A stretch of 52,016 nt of DNA from a virus (Duplodnaviria > Caudoviricetes): IMG/VR virus record IMGVR_UViG_3300030380_004731, positions 1 through 52,016 of that record. The stretch is one strand, 5' to 3'. Every line of letters begins with the position of its first letter. Position 1 is the first letter of the stretch. Position numbers and translations under genes: made by a program. The notes under the pieces were generated by a model. It was given only the letters and a program-made list of their open reading frames with translations. It was not told the DNA's origin and did not search any database. Of the stretch, positions 38,801 to 46,500 are shown in pieces.

Positions 38801-41217
38801 CTGAAGGAAGAAGAAAGAATAAAATATATCAAGCAGTGTCAGTGCGTTCACTTAGTTACATAGACTCAGTGATAGGGCTAAAGGGAAGAGAGATATTTAA
38901 AAATATATTCGACTCAACAGCTAAAGCGTTTACAAATTTTGATTCAGACAACAACAAAGTAAACAAGCGTATAGATGAAGCATTAAATAAAATATCAAAA
39001 TCATACAAAAATAACAACAATAAAATACATGAGGCAAAGGCACGTATGATGACATACTTAATTCAAAGAGAGTTTGAATCTAATCCTGAGCGAGTGGGAG
39101 AGGTTAACCCTGCAATAGATTATTTAAACGATACTATTAAACATGAAAGGAAACAAGGTAATGATGGTGAGGCTGATATGCTTCAAAACATAATAGATAA
39201 ATATTCTATAGAGGGAGAAATATCTCTTGATAAGATATATAAATCTTTTAACAAGGCAGAACTAAACGGCATTAAAGTTATTGATGAAGTAAATAAAGAG
39301 CTAACTGATATAGCAGAGTTTACTGCAGGTGTAGTAAGAGGAAAGATAATAAGTCCTATTGTAGACTACATTCATATGTGGGTTAAACAAGACAATACAA
39401 AGCAACAATTTGAAGATAAAAACTCTGACTTTAATTCTTACATGAAGGGTACTAAGCCATCTACAAAAGCTAAAAACTTAGAGGAAAGAACAAAAGGTTC
39501 TAAGGCTATAAATTTTGATCCCTTTGGAGCAACAAGAAGAGGAGCAAGAATGACCTTGCTTGATTACCACATGACACCTGTAGTGAGAGAAACAAACAGA
39601 ACTCTTAGAAAGACAGAAGATATTTTAGAAGAGGATAACAAACAAACAAGGGAGATGTTTAGAGGGGTTAAGGCAGCATACGATCAAGTAGTAGAGGATG
39701 TAATAGGAAGAGGATTTAATAGTAGCTCAGTAGGAGATAATGTTATTAAGTATATAGCGAAGACAGGTTATCGAACAATGCTTTCGAGTCCTGCAAGAAT
39801 GACATTAGAATTTATCACCAACCTTCTTAATGCAGGCGTTATAAATCCATTAGGGTTTGCTAAAGGGTTTAGTGTGATGAGTAAATTAAGCGGACAAGAG
39901 CAGGCGGAGCTTCTTAGAATTTTAGAATCAAAACAACAAACAAGATTATATTCGGATGCTTTAAAAGGAAGAATGGTAGATACAAGTATTATTGAATCAA
40001 AAACAGGAATCAAAAACACAAAACTGAAAGGAGAGGTAATTAATAGAGCATCTCAAATTGGATCTCATCTTAGAAAATATCCTTCGGGTATAGAGTTCAT
40101 AGCTGACACCATGATTACCACTCCGGATAAAGCGGTAATGCGACCTTTGTGGTTGGGAACTTTTAGTAGAGAGTTTAAAAAAATAACAGGCAAGGAAGTA
40201 GACATGGATAAAGTCCTTGCAAAGGATGAGTCATACTTAAATAAAAACCAAGAGGCACTCGATAAGGCAACTGAAGTAGCTGATAGAGATAGTGTATTTT
40301 CAGGATACACTGACAATCCTTTTATGAAAGTTATTAGTGGAACAAAAAGAGCAGATGATGGAGCAATAAAAAAAATGTATAAAGACTACAACAGGTTTAT
40401 GTTAAGTTTTTTATTGAACGAATATGAAACGACAAGATATTCTATTAATGTTCTGTATGAAGGAGGAGAAATATCAAGAATAAAAGCAGGGCAACTATTA
40501 GCCGCTACTACCTCACGTATGGTTTTATATACTTCTTTGATTGGATTAGTAGGCAACGTCTTTGCAGACTTTATAAGAAGTATGTTCGGAGTTGACATGG
40601 AAGACGAAGAAGAAGAAAAAGACTTAACCCTGTCAATAGGTCAAGGATTGGTTTCTACTTTTAATACCTTAGCTTTTGGAGCATCTTACGGACAGTTTAT
40701 GAGAAGTATAATTAATAACCCTTACTTTGGAACTGAATACTTTAATGAAAAATATCTTACTGCTCTACAAGAAGGAGAGTACGATCCATACAAAGATGCT
40801 ATAGGGTTCTCTGCATTCACTAAACCTACAGGACAGGAAAAATATAAAGGAAAAGATCCTTTCAAATTTTTTGTAAACTTTTTAGGTCCTTACTCTCCTC
40901 TAGCAAAAACAGCAGCTAAAGGATACACCATGCTAACAAGAGAAGAGGAGGCTAAAGAAGAAGAAACAAAAGCAAGAAGATCTCAAGAAAAAATACTTCT
41001 AATAATGCAAGGCTTAGGTCATTTTAACTTAATGCCTTTCTTTAAAGATGTCAACAAGGCATACACAAGAGAAGTGTATAAAGACTTTAGAAAGGCAGAG
41101 AAGCAGATGAGTGACCAAGAAATGTTTCAAGAATATCTAGAGTCTAAAAGAAAAAAGAAGAGTAAGAGAAAGAAAAGCAGTTTGTTTAAAAGAAAAAAGA
41201 AAAGCAGTTTGTTTTAA
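32833..41217 (+). CDS. Giant internal virion/polyvalent protein with zincin metallopeptidase motif
   Basis: 2794 aa, last gene of the + strand block; HEFGH (37036-37050) with downstream EEALVE; Gly/Ala hydrophobic segments and acidic linkers. Confidence 0.7.
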   Translation: MDDETKGTYNVLSDEINRLQTKLNDQLKQPSNPFQEQSIAKTKEQLTFNKKTRELLYNQNKPVDPILGPQDDVNWFSESVEKIVNPRLIGGEGSLSGGIEETVVSQLNYTFGDYGFKFEEADYLGDGMNVSTATGEKIYIDLDNFTDANDKKESEKLKKFLYDNKRSSELAYSMDKGPINKTKKYRNEKELQREMKMFQYKTNEFEKKTQSFIDKKTSFDEKVKEFKDKVQQEGATEANILLQEKLIQEEKELNKESNILQQEHNNFSERGQEIDKLTAEYYNVLADRGGFLGITKSMFTEGVGEIVAGAVEIGRMLPEIVDDSLTFISGNALKGLGYVTGQEIVMDDFNIIPSSSLIDNYDYYLLEAAKEKGYKTIEELPINVRNEIDRKLRDKAIKTQLYGKKGQSNPYSQYTNQLLKDRSGGVLDNIREGFRTALGETSTRQYDEDFQNSWLGQVYAGTIKSMPAILSLFLNPVSAGTKASTIAKRALNPKESWALIFQSQDAINNQMNTAEFEDVSETEKLAVSVPLALTTATLENIGFRNMSKLKGFSNGILLRALSKTGGKKVAAKTFEQIVKNEVKSLTAKGLLTMGAMGAAEFETGLAQEFADVTVKQIYNSVKGSEMFKTPESLAEYTLQLLNSGAQEAVGAQILGVPKTISVLASKNDLKSADNATWNLFTNLNNKPTFLNLFEEHLKVEVASKRMNAVEAKRVFETYKNTTQAYEQIPKDMSREAQKESVDLIMRRQVLEESKRDKNPNLVVPIDNEIQAIDNRLKEISEQDAVQKQSTGEVDADQQAADAQTVETGESTTESQELTGEKRQDQEADAVEGVTQFTQEQVEEINALPDEEAQTFTTSSLEEVPAEFRDRAELIGETKVTKKILGLPIGKTTTTQQYRYEVTGKELKDFVNSTSAQVTTQQQAETVTTPVAEEVVEETPVEEANKKVEELLNETKEIIELSKTRKRPLMERVAGTRFDFDFNNELEKQINKLQYVGGLSELRLDTYDELKEWFVDNKLDNKDYVKFLRAFKKLYKAQLKLREDKLKNLDKLGARFEDVVIRGVINPILRQGADTRTEDIAEAKEIISDLQNEIQTVDEIINDEVSSGETFEEVVEEAPVTEEVVEEAPVTEEVVTEETPTTQKADEIAVEDVEGQAAVEQAAIEEQMDLQELMELAENTLEIEIPKKQKIAILQQELENLIEQKEILEQSPEYQIAELMPKILPESARTETGGKVGTKQDVSIGLTSKKGVIVEDAAKDLVPGLRDVIGYNLDEKTIRNVIIDVLDKGKKKYQQEILGNVNESIRDTKQEITATKKGTKLRKKRKGQAVEAGVQEEIDNVIKILQKSFPSVTVSQTQEAFNEALKEEGVRRHQSGGTTILGITKDGKIILNPNNQSMATAIHEFGHVWMDYLRAEESGTKGTVLLNRGMKLMDDPTNPYYKQALKEYGEYDSDGNLTNKDLVLEEALVEAMANKGESYVKAAKKSKFMSWLKSLFKFVKAKLTRSKDLDVNKIKDLSLDEFIDVGIADLFSGKEVSIKFNPTINKKEARARAIKNGEKFVKEARALGKKDAQIAQVLKTFGLEQKDIDSLLGVKKEKKATVKKPPSVAKILGKPKPKKVTANEITLLKEKLRAIAKETRSVGAAVNKIRKELQREIAQIGKGRKVELSPAIVTKITSRINKAKLFTKEGTLNNEMVDDIVQYIDEQYTTLERKKENVALNKKRKTALKNIMSGKLGVPKVITRQMQRLFAADSILIPNSSLNKYKALVESIGERTSVLTVDEVSQVERQVDSILKDLDFRTSQIDIYAEMYKDYDKKVKNADGNISYSKTIDKMVDDAELNLSTEDAALMKKFKKEILPPPEPKTKEEKQKEEEEAAIEKELFLEEIGELSIKSDKLTTRDERKVANKLNKLIKTDGVKDLSNNDLKKLIKIIDNINNGWLPHLSQIMVEKINSNNRSKIVSSALRAAKVFSPLQQAKKLRALLNSQLSPEGRRKNKIYQAVSVRSLSYIDSVIGLKGREIFKNIFDSTAKAFTNFDSDNNKVNKRIDEALNKISKSYKNNNNKIHEAKARMMTYLIQREFESNPERVGEVNPAIDYLNDTIKHERKQGNDGEADMLQNIIDKYSIEGEISLDKIYKSFNKAELNGIKVIDEVNKELTDIAEFTAGVVRGKIISPIVDYIHMWVKQDNTKQQFEDKNSDFNSYMKGTKPSTKAKNLEERTKGSKAINFDPFGATRRGARMTLLDYHMTPVVRETNRTLRKTEDILEEDNKQTREMFRGVKAAYDQVVEDVIGRGFNSSSVGDNVIKYIAKTGYRTMLSSPARMTLEFITNLLNAGVINPLGFAKGFSVMSKLSGQEQAELLRILESKQQTRLYSDALKGRMVDTSIIESKTGIKNTKLKGEVINRASQIGSHLRKYPSGIEFIADTMITTPDKAVMRPLWLGTFSREFKKITGKEVDMDKVLAKDESYLNKNQEALDKATEVADRDSVFSGYTDNPFMKVISGTKRADDGAIKKMYKDYNRFMLSFLLNEYETTRYSINVLYEGGEISRIKAGQLLAATTSRMVLYTSLIGLVGNVFADFIRSMFGVDMEDEEEEKDLTLSIGQGLVSTFNTLAFGASYGQFMRSIINNPYFGTEYFNEKYLTALQEGEYDPYKDAIGFSAFTKPTGQEKYKGKDPFKFFVNFLGPYSPLAKTAAKGYTMLTREEEAKEEETKARRSQEKILLIMQGLGHFNLMPFFKDVNKAYTREVYKDFRKAEKQMSDQEMFQEYLESKRKKKSKRKKSSLFKRKKKSSLF
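36162..36234 (+). repeat. 30-bp coding tandem repeat (EEVVEEAPVT, ~2.4 copies)
   Basis: tgaagaggtagtagaggaagctcctgttac twice plus a partial copy; related copy near 35614-35657. Confidence 0.9.
41169..41214 (+). repeat. 19-bp direct repeat at the 3' end of the giant gene
   Basis: aaagaaaagcagtttgttt at 41169-41187 and 41196-41214 (KKSSLF twice). Confidence 0.85.
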
Positions 41218-41642
41218 TAATACTTTACGTATTTAAATGACTTGTTGAATTTAAAGTAAGCCATTAGCTCCTGATCGTTGACCGCTCCTTCACGTGGTGG
41301 TCTGCCTCCCCACATTACCTCTCCCTTTAATATTCTAACAGGTGAGTAGATGAGACCATTATCACACGCCCATATCATTATAGGGTTCAGCCTCTTGTCT
41401 GATAGCTTAACCAACTTACGTAAGGCTACAGGTAATGGGAACGCTTTGTTCATATTGCAATGCCTACCCTTGATCTCAGCATAGGCTATCAGCTCACCCT
41501 CTTCATTGAAGATCTTATAGTCAATGTCATTGTCGCCTAGCTTTTCAAATGATCCTTTGAAGATACGAACAAAAGCCTTGACAGCTTTACGCTCCCTCTC
41601 AATATCTGCAGTGGTTTCAAATCTCATAGGTTCATCATGCAA
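41214..41642 (-). CDS. PD-(D/E)xK-type nuclease-like protein
   Basis: DIDY...YAEIKGR motif. Confidence 0.6.
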   Translation of the reverse strand: MHDEPMRFETTADIERERKAVKAFVRIFKGSFEKLGDNDIDYKIFNEEGELIAYAEIKGRHCNMNKAFPLPVALRKLVKLSDKRLNPIMIWACDNGLIYSPVRILKGEVMWGGRPPREGAVNDQELMAYFKFNKSFKYVKYY

Positions 41643-42334
41643 TTAAAGGCAGTGTGCCCACCTATTACTACTCCAACCCCTATCGCCTGCTTCTTAAAGT
41701 TCTTTGCGTAAGCAGCAGCATATGATTCTCTATCCAAACCACACCCCACTTGCATTCCAAATATCTTTTTATGTGTGCCTACAGACCACTCTGTATATGC
41801 CTGTGTATGTATATGACCTTGAACTGTTGACATCATATCGTTCTTTGCACGAGTCCTTGCTGTGCCACCCTCACCATGTACGTACTGCACATCATCATAC
41901 ACCACCCTGTCCTGCCAATTCCACTTAGTACCAAGCACATCATTGTATGACTTGATCCATTGCTTAGGTATGGATGAAGAGAAAGCTCTTCTCATTATCA
42001 TGCGATCATGGTTGCCTATGATTACGTCTGCTTTCTTAAATGATTCTTTCCATGGCTTTAGCTTCCTGATGGCTGAACTCAACTCATCTCCTCCACCCAT
42101 AGCATTAGGGTCAGTCTCATGATAGCTTGAGTAGTGGTTGTCAATAATATCTCCTATAAATATAGTATGGTTGCAGTTGTATATATTATATATGTGTCTA
42201 CAGAACTCGAAGTAACCTTTCTGAATAAAGGGTGCGTGTAAGTCCCCTATCACTAAGACTCTTCTTTCTTTTTTATTTAAGTTCTCAAAGGCTTCTAGTC
42301 TTTTGCCTTGCAACCTTGGTCTAATTGATGTCAT
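41624..42334 (-). CDS. Calcineurin-like metallophosphoesterase
   Basis: GDLH, GDIID, GNHD, HG, GHIH motifs in order. Confidence 0.9.
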   Translation of the reverse strand: MTSIRPRLQGKRLEAFENLNKKERRVLVIGDLHAPFIQKGYFEFCRHIYNIYNCNHTIFIGDIIDNHYSSYHETDPNAMGGGDELSSAIRKLKPWKESFKKADVIIGNHDRMIMRRAFSSSIPKQWIKSYNDVLGTKWNWQDRVVYDDVQYVHGEGGTARTRAKNDMMSTVQGHIHTQAYTEWSVGTHKKIFGMQVGCGLDRESYAAAYAKNFKKQAIGVGVVIGGHTAFNCMMNL

Positions 42335-42512
42335 CTTGTAACGAATCTAATAAAACTTGGAGGCTTTTAATCTGTTCTTTTACCACAGACTTTAAGTCCT
42401 CATACTCTCTGTCGATTAAGTGTTCGTAGATTTGATTATTTGTTTCGTGCAGCTCCTTCATCATCATATTTATATGACGTAATCTTTCTCGCTCTACTGC
42501 AGATATGCTCAT
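42321..42512 (-). CDS. Hypothetical protein
   Basis: 63 aa, overlapping both neighbours. Confidence 0.6.
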   Translation of the reverse strand: MSISAVERERLRHINMMMKELHETNNQIYEHLIDREYEDLKSVVKEQIKSLQVLLDSLQDDIN

Positions 42513-42748
42513 TGAATTGTATCCATGGTCTCCATATAAAAGCGACCTTGAGTTTCATTTACTTTTCTTATTCTTTTATAAATTGATTTAGACATTCTCT
42601 TAACTGCATCCTTCTCTGCCTTAGTGGAGTCGCTGCCAAGATGTGCATATAACGCACAGTCTATTCGTAGTAGCTCATCAAGTTTTTGCTTGTCTGTCCA
42701 AGAAGAAAACTCTACAATCTTATCTATGTCTTCAAACTTATAAGTCAT
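42509..42748 (-). CDS. Hypothetical protein
   Basis: 79 aa, preceded by a -7 element. Confidence 0.65.
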   Translation of the reverse strand: MTYKFEDIDKIVEFSSWTDKQKLDELLRIDCALYAHLGSDSTKAEKDAVKRMSKSIYKRIRKVNETQGRFYMETMDTIQ

Positions 42749-42753
42749 CTAAA

Positions 42754-42761
42754 CAAATATA
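42754..42761 (-). promoter_or_regulatory. Bacteroidota -7 element (TATATTTG on - strand)
   Basis: CAAATATA on +, 5 nt from the ATG at 42748, downstream of a terminator. Confidence 0.6.
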
Positions 42762-42776
42762 ATAAAAAAATAACAC

Positions 42777-42807
42777 AAAAAAAAGGGGGCATTGGCGTAT
42801 GTCCCCC
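42777..42807 (-). terminator. Intrinsic terminator for - strand transcript
   Basis: GGGGGCAT-tggcgt-ATGTCCCC near-perfect stem with A8 on its left (U-run on -). Confidence 0.7.
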
Positions 42808-42862
42808 TCTCTTTTATTTGCTAAAATAAATAGAAAAATATATGAGCATATAAATTTAATAA

Positions 42863-43207
42863 TTATTTTCTATATCTCCAAGATTTTTTTAACAGCTTGG
42901 ATCCGCACTCAGTGTTTTCTATCTCCGCTAAAATAGAATTAAAGATTTTATTTTCTCTATTAATCCTTCGGTTTTCTTTGTCAGTTAAATACAATTTATA
43001 CTGTATCTCTCCGGCATCCCTTCTGATTATCTCAACCTCTTCCTCTAAGAGTTCATATTCTTTTATAGATATTTTATTATCTTCTACCTTAACGTATTTG
43101 CATTTAGGTGTTAGCATAAAAGTAATTCCAATAGAAAACAATACGCATAGTACTAAATACTTTAGCTTTATATTTCTATTTATGAAATTAAATTTAGTGC
43201 GTGTCAT
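42863..43207 (-). CDS. Membrane-anchored coiled-coil hypothetical protein
   Basis: TM YLVLCVLFSIGITFML followed by a coiled coil. Confidence 0.6.
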   Translation of the reverse strand: MTRTKFNFINRNIKLKYLVLCVLFSIGITFMLTPKCKYVKVEDNKISIKEYELLEEEVEIIRRDAGEIQYKLYLTDKENRRINRENKIFNSILAEIENTECGSKLLKKSWRYRK

Positions 43208-43335
43208 TATTGCTGTGTCTTTTTAGAAGTCGATTTGATTTTTTTAATCTTATCGTAAGCTATTCTAGCCTTCAGGTTGTTTTTGTGTTTTTTACACAAC
43301 GATTCAAATAATTTAAAATTAAAAGCCTGTCTCAT
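43207..43335 (-). CDS. Small basic protein (42 aa, not in ORF track)
   Basis: MRQAFNFKLFESLCKKHKNNLKARIAYDKIKKIKSTSKKTQQ; ATGA and TAATG coupling to both neighbours. Confidence 0.6.
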   Translation of the reverse strand: MRQAFNFKLFESLCKKHKNNLKARIAYDKIKKIKSTSKKTQQ

Positions 43336-43973
43336 TTTATATCTGTGTTATCATAAAACATTCTTTCTGAATCCTCAGTGTGCCACTTCTCATAACCCTC
43401 AGCATTGTAATAGTCTTTACATACTAAGTAGTCAGGCTTTGAAGGAAAAGGTTTTGTAACAAAGCTAGGCTCGGTCCACCTGATTCTGTTGTTAGGTTGT
43501 AAAGCAATTTGCCCGTTGTCAAGTAGTATGATGTGATGGCTCTTGTGCTCCATCGGATCTTCAGATAATGTCATGTCACAATTAAGATCGTTACTGCCCC
43601 AATTAATTGTGGCAAAGTAAACACCATCATACCACTTCTTATCTTTCATATATACGGATACGGGCGTGTCATATAAATAGGACAACTGAACTACAGTAAA
43701 GTTGTATGAAAAACAATTCCATATTTGCAAGTAATCAAAAGCTAAATCAGGTGTGGGGGTGCTTGGCTCAGCAAGTAAAGCGTGTGATGGTAGCTTGTCT
43801 CTCAACACTCCATTGTCAAGCAACACTTGAAACAATGCCACCTGTCCCGGCATACACCTAACAGAGATGATGACACCCTCGCTAAATTCTCCATGACCTT
43901 TTTTATTTTGATATAAGTATTCGTTTCTTACGAACACTTTCATTGGAAAAAAATTATGTTCAATATATGCCAT
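43332..43973 (-). CDS. Conserved phage hypothetical protein
   Basis: 213 aa; LQIWNCFSY, EHKSHH, GQIALQPNNR motifs; function unknown. Confidence 0.75.
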   Translation of the reverse strand: MAYIEHNFFPMKVFVRNEYLYQNKKGHGEFSEGVIISVRCMPGQVALFQVLLDNGVLRDKLPSHALLAEPSTPTPDLAFDYLQIWNCFSYNFTVVQLSYLYDTPVSVYMKDKKWYDGVYFATINWGSNDLNCDMTLSEDPMEHKSHHIILLDNGQIALQPNNRIRWTEPSFVTKPFPSKPDYLVCKDYYNAEGYEKWHTEDSERMFYDNTDIK

Positions 43974-44239
43974 TATTTTTTAATAGTTTTAGAGGGTGAC
44001 TTTATTTTTCTAATCTCATCTTGAATAGCTTTCTTACTGTTCTTTGCTTTGCTGTTCCATATGTCCCACCAATCTTTAAACTTGTCCTCTTGTTGCTCAC
44101 CAAGATCTTCAACTGAAATAATAATCTCAGGTTTTACTTTTCTGATAGCATCTGATTTGCTATCGGCAGGGATCAAAGTGTAATGGGTTACATACCCTGT
44201 TGGTTGTTGTTGGCTGTGTGTGATTTTAAATACGTTCAT
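43973..44239 (-). CDS. Hypothetical protein
   Basis: 88 aa, coupled to neighbours. Confidence 0.55.
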   Translation of the reverse strand: MNVFKITHSQQQPTGYVTHYTLIPADSKSDAIRKVKPEIIISVEDLGEQQEDKFKDWWDIWNSKAKNSKKAIQDEIRKIKSPSKTIKK

Positions 44240-44555
44240 CTGATAAAATTTGATTTAAGTTAATGTAATCGAGATAGTCATCCACATCTATCTCCTCTAT
44301 GCTTATGTATATTGGGACATCTCCCTGTTGTTTTAAGTATTCGATCTCAAAGTATAAGGGCTCCTCAAGTTTTACTACGCCACCTACCTTCTGTGCCCAT
44401 CCATCTTTCTCAGGTAACAGAGGTGCATTGACATCAACCTGATTGGCTATGTTCAATGAATAGTGAAGCTCATAATCTTTTAGTTGATCAATGAATTGCA
44501 TATCAACCTCAAAGTTATTCTTTTGCTCCTCTATATATTTCTGTTCTGCATCCAT
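44226..44555 (-). CDS. Acidic hypothetical protein
   Basis: 109 aa in a packed operon. Confidence 0.55.
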   Translation of the reverse strand: MDAEQKYIEEQKNNFEVDMQFIDQLKDYELHYSLNIANQVDVNAPLLPEKDGWAQKVGGVVKLEEPLYFEIEYLKQQGDVPIYISIEEIDVDDYLDYINLNQILSDERI

Positions 44556-44763
44556 GTTCTTTTAGTTCTTTTAGTCTATACTCCTGTAGCTTTGACACCC
44601 TACCTTTAGGTGTCTTCACTTCGCTGAATAAAACATCACTATCTTTTGGTATGGCTATGATGTCAGGGATTCCATTCTTGTTAGTCTTTACTAACTTAAT
44701 AACGTAGTATCCTTCAGCTTCAAGTTGTTTGATTCGTTTAGATTGGATTTGTTGCTCAGTCAT
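44515..44763 (-). CDS. VRR-NUC domain nuclease
   Basis: TEQQIQ, GIPDI, FSEVKTPKGRVSKLQ. Confidence 0.85.
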   Translation of the reverse strand: MTEQQIQSKRIKQLEAEGYYVIKLVKTNKNGIPDIIAIPKDSDVLFSEVKTPKGRVSKLQEYRLKELKEHGCRTEIYRGAKE

Positions 44764-45038
44764 CTTATAGTATCTCCTACATCTGTAATGTCTAGCTCTA
44801 TGCCATTTAAATATTTTAATATATTAATAATAAAGTTATTATGATAAGCTGTGTCTACGTGCCTATGTTTTTCATCATAAACTAAATGTATTCCTTTAGA
44901 TATGCCTAGCTCTCTTCTGTGTGTGGGATGAGCATACACATCATCCATACGTCTAGCTGTCTTAATTATTTCTTTATAGCTGTGAGTTCCTATAGTTTTA
45001 CTCAGCTCCTTAACACTTGTGAAGTTTTCTTTAATCAT
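44760..45038 (-). CDS. Hypothetical protein; probable start ATG 45038
   Basis: A-rich leader and -7-like TATCTTTA lie upstream of MIKENF. Confidence 0.5.
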   Translation of the reverse strand: MIKENFTSVKELSKTIGTHSYKEIIKTARRMDDVYAHPTHRRELGISKGIHLVYDEKHRHVDTAYHNNFIINILKYLNGIELDITDVGDTIR

Positions 45039-45082
45039 TTTATTTAATTTATTATAAAGATACAAAATCCTTTTTGAAAAAA

Positions 45083-45274
45083 TTAATCAGGTGGTGTGCC
45101 TACATAAATTTTCCTTTCAAGTTCTTTTATTGTTATTTCTAATTGCTTCACCTTAGAGCATGCGTGATTTAAAGATTCAAGTAATTCATTTTTTATTTGT
45201 AATAGGTTTGTTATTACGTTTTCTTTATGATCTATTGCCTCTTGCATATACTTTATTCTTTCTTCTTGTGTCAT
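45083..45274 (-). CDS. Coiled-coil hypothetical protein
   Basis: 63 aa, overlaps helicase stop. Confidence 0.55.
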   Translation of the reverse strand: MTQEERIKYMQEAIDHKENVITNLLQIKNELLESLNHACSKVKQLEITIKELERKIYVGTPPD

Positions 45275-46500
45275 ATAAATTGTTTTTTAAAATGGTTAAG
45301 TGTGTAATCTTTCTTCTTAGTTACAGCTTTATATATCTGACTCTCAATACCACCCTTAGCAAAGACCCAATACACATCGTTAACTAGCCTATCTTTGGTG
45401 GTCATTCTATCTCTGCTCTGCCAATAAGACGTAGCACTAAAGTCAATGTTGTAATACACAAGTGCTGATGCCTGTCTCAATGACAGCCCCTCCCTACCAC
45501 TAACAATCTGCAGGGCTATTGACTTGTCAGTAGATTCAAACTCACTAAGCTCAGTGGTAAGCTCATCACCAAACACATCCTTCATTGCCTTGAGTTCTGC
45601 TGTAAACTTGTAGAAGATTCCAATCTTCTTGCCCTTGAAATGTTTCTTAATAAACTCAGCCTTACTATAGTCCATCACCATAGAGCTACCTGACTCAAAC
45701 TTCACTGTGCCTGAGAACATCTGATGTAACTTCATCATTAGCTTTACAGGAGTGTCAGCAAGAATGATTTCCTTCTTTCCCTCGATCACCAAGTCCTTTT
45801 GCAATCTCTTAGTCATGTCATAAGTATATGGTTTCATCTCTACCTCCAATACTTTCTCTGTAGTCTTGACCTTAAATCCTGCGTTCTCCTGCGTGAAACG
45901 GATAGTGTATGGTGTCATACTATCTATAATTGTTTTAAGCCCCTTAGAATAGTCGTTAATGAACATTCCGTTTATTTTTTTCTGTGTTACATTTACATAC
46001 TCATGAGCAAACTTGTAAAAGTTTTTGCAATGCTTGAAAGGATTGTTAGGAATACCATACACCTGATGGTACATCTGTGAGTAAGACTCAGGTGTAGGTG
46101 TTCCCGACATCAATATAACTTTGCTATTGCATTTTTGTATCATCTCCTTTACTGCCTTAGCTCTTTTGTTTGGCTTGGCAAACGCACCAAGACTATGTGA
46201 CTCATCACATATGATTACATCCCACTTGATAGGTGGTAGCTTGTGCATACTCTCATAGTTAATAGTAAACAATGCAAAGTTTGTGGGGCATAACATATCA
46301 AAGTCAGATGTGATTGAGCTGATCGCCTTCTTCTTGGTTAAGAACAATACGTTATCAACATTAAGTTGTTCACAAATCCCTAGGCTTGTTAGTGTCTTAC
46401 CTGTCCTGACTTCCATAGCAAGGTACAAGAAGTTGTGTGCTTCTATTATAGATGTTCCTCTCTGTATAATATCTAATTGATAATCTCTGTATTCTATCAT
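45271..46500 (-). CDS. SF2 (SNF2-like) helicase; probable start MIEYRDYQ
   Basis: YRDYQ Q-motif, RTGKT, DESH, SGTP, GREGLSL, QSRDR; ATGA overlap with the primase stop. Confidence 0.85.
   Translation of the reverse strand: MIEYRDYQLDIIQRGTSIIEAHNFLYLAMEVRTGKTLTSLGICEQLNVDNVLFLTKKKAISSITSDFDMLCPTNFALFTINYESMHKLPPIKWDVIICDESHSLGAFAKPNKRAKAVKEMIQKCNSKVILMSGTPTPESYSQMYHQVYGIPNNPFKHCKNFYKFAHEYVNVTQKKINGMFINDYSKGLKTIIDSMTPYTIRFTQENAGFKVKTTEKVLEVEMKPYTYDMTKRLQKDLVIEGKKEIILADTPVKLMMKLHQMFSGTVKFESGSSMVMDYSKAEFIKKHFKGKKIGIFYKFTAELKAMKDVFGDELTTELSEFESTDKSIALQIVSGREGLSLRQASALVYYNIDFSATSYWQSRDRMTTKDRLVNDVYWVFAKGGIESQIYKAVTKKKDYTLNHFKKQFI

Noticed and set aside
354-40598. Many short - strand ORFs opposite the structural genes (e.g. 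2387..2617, 35940..36368)
   Set aside because: Antisense shadows of long + strand genes with Ser/Phe/Leu-rich composition and no recognisable motifs
32833-41217. Virion RNA polymerase as in Crassvirales
   Set aside because: No DxDxD catalytic motif in a convincing context (FDFDF and YDSDG do not fit)
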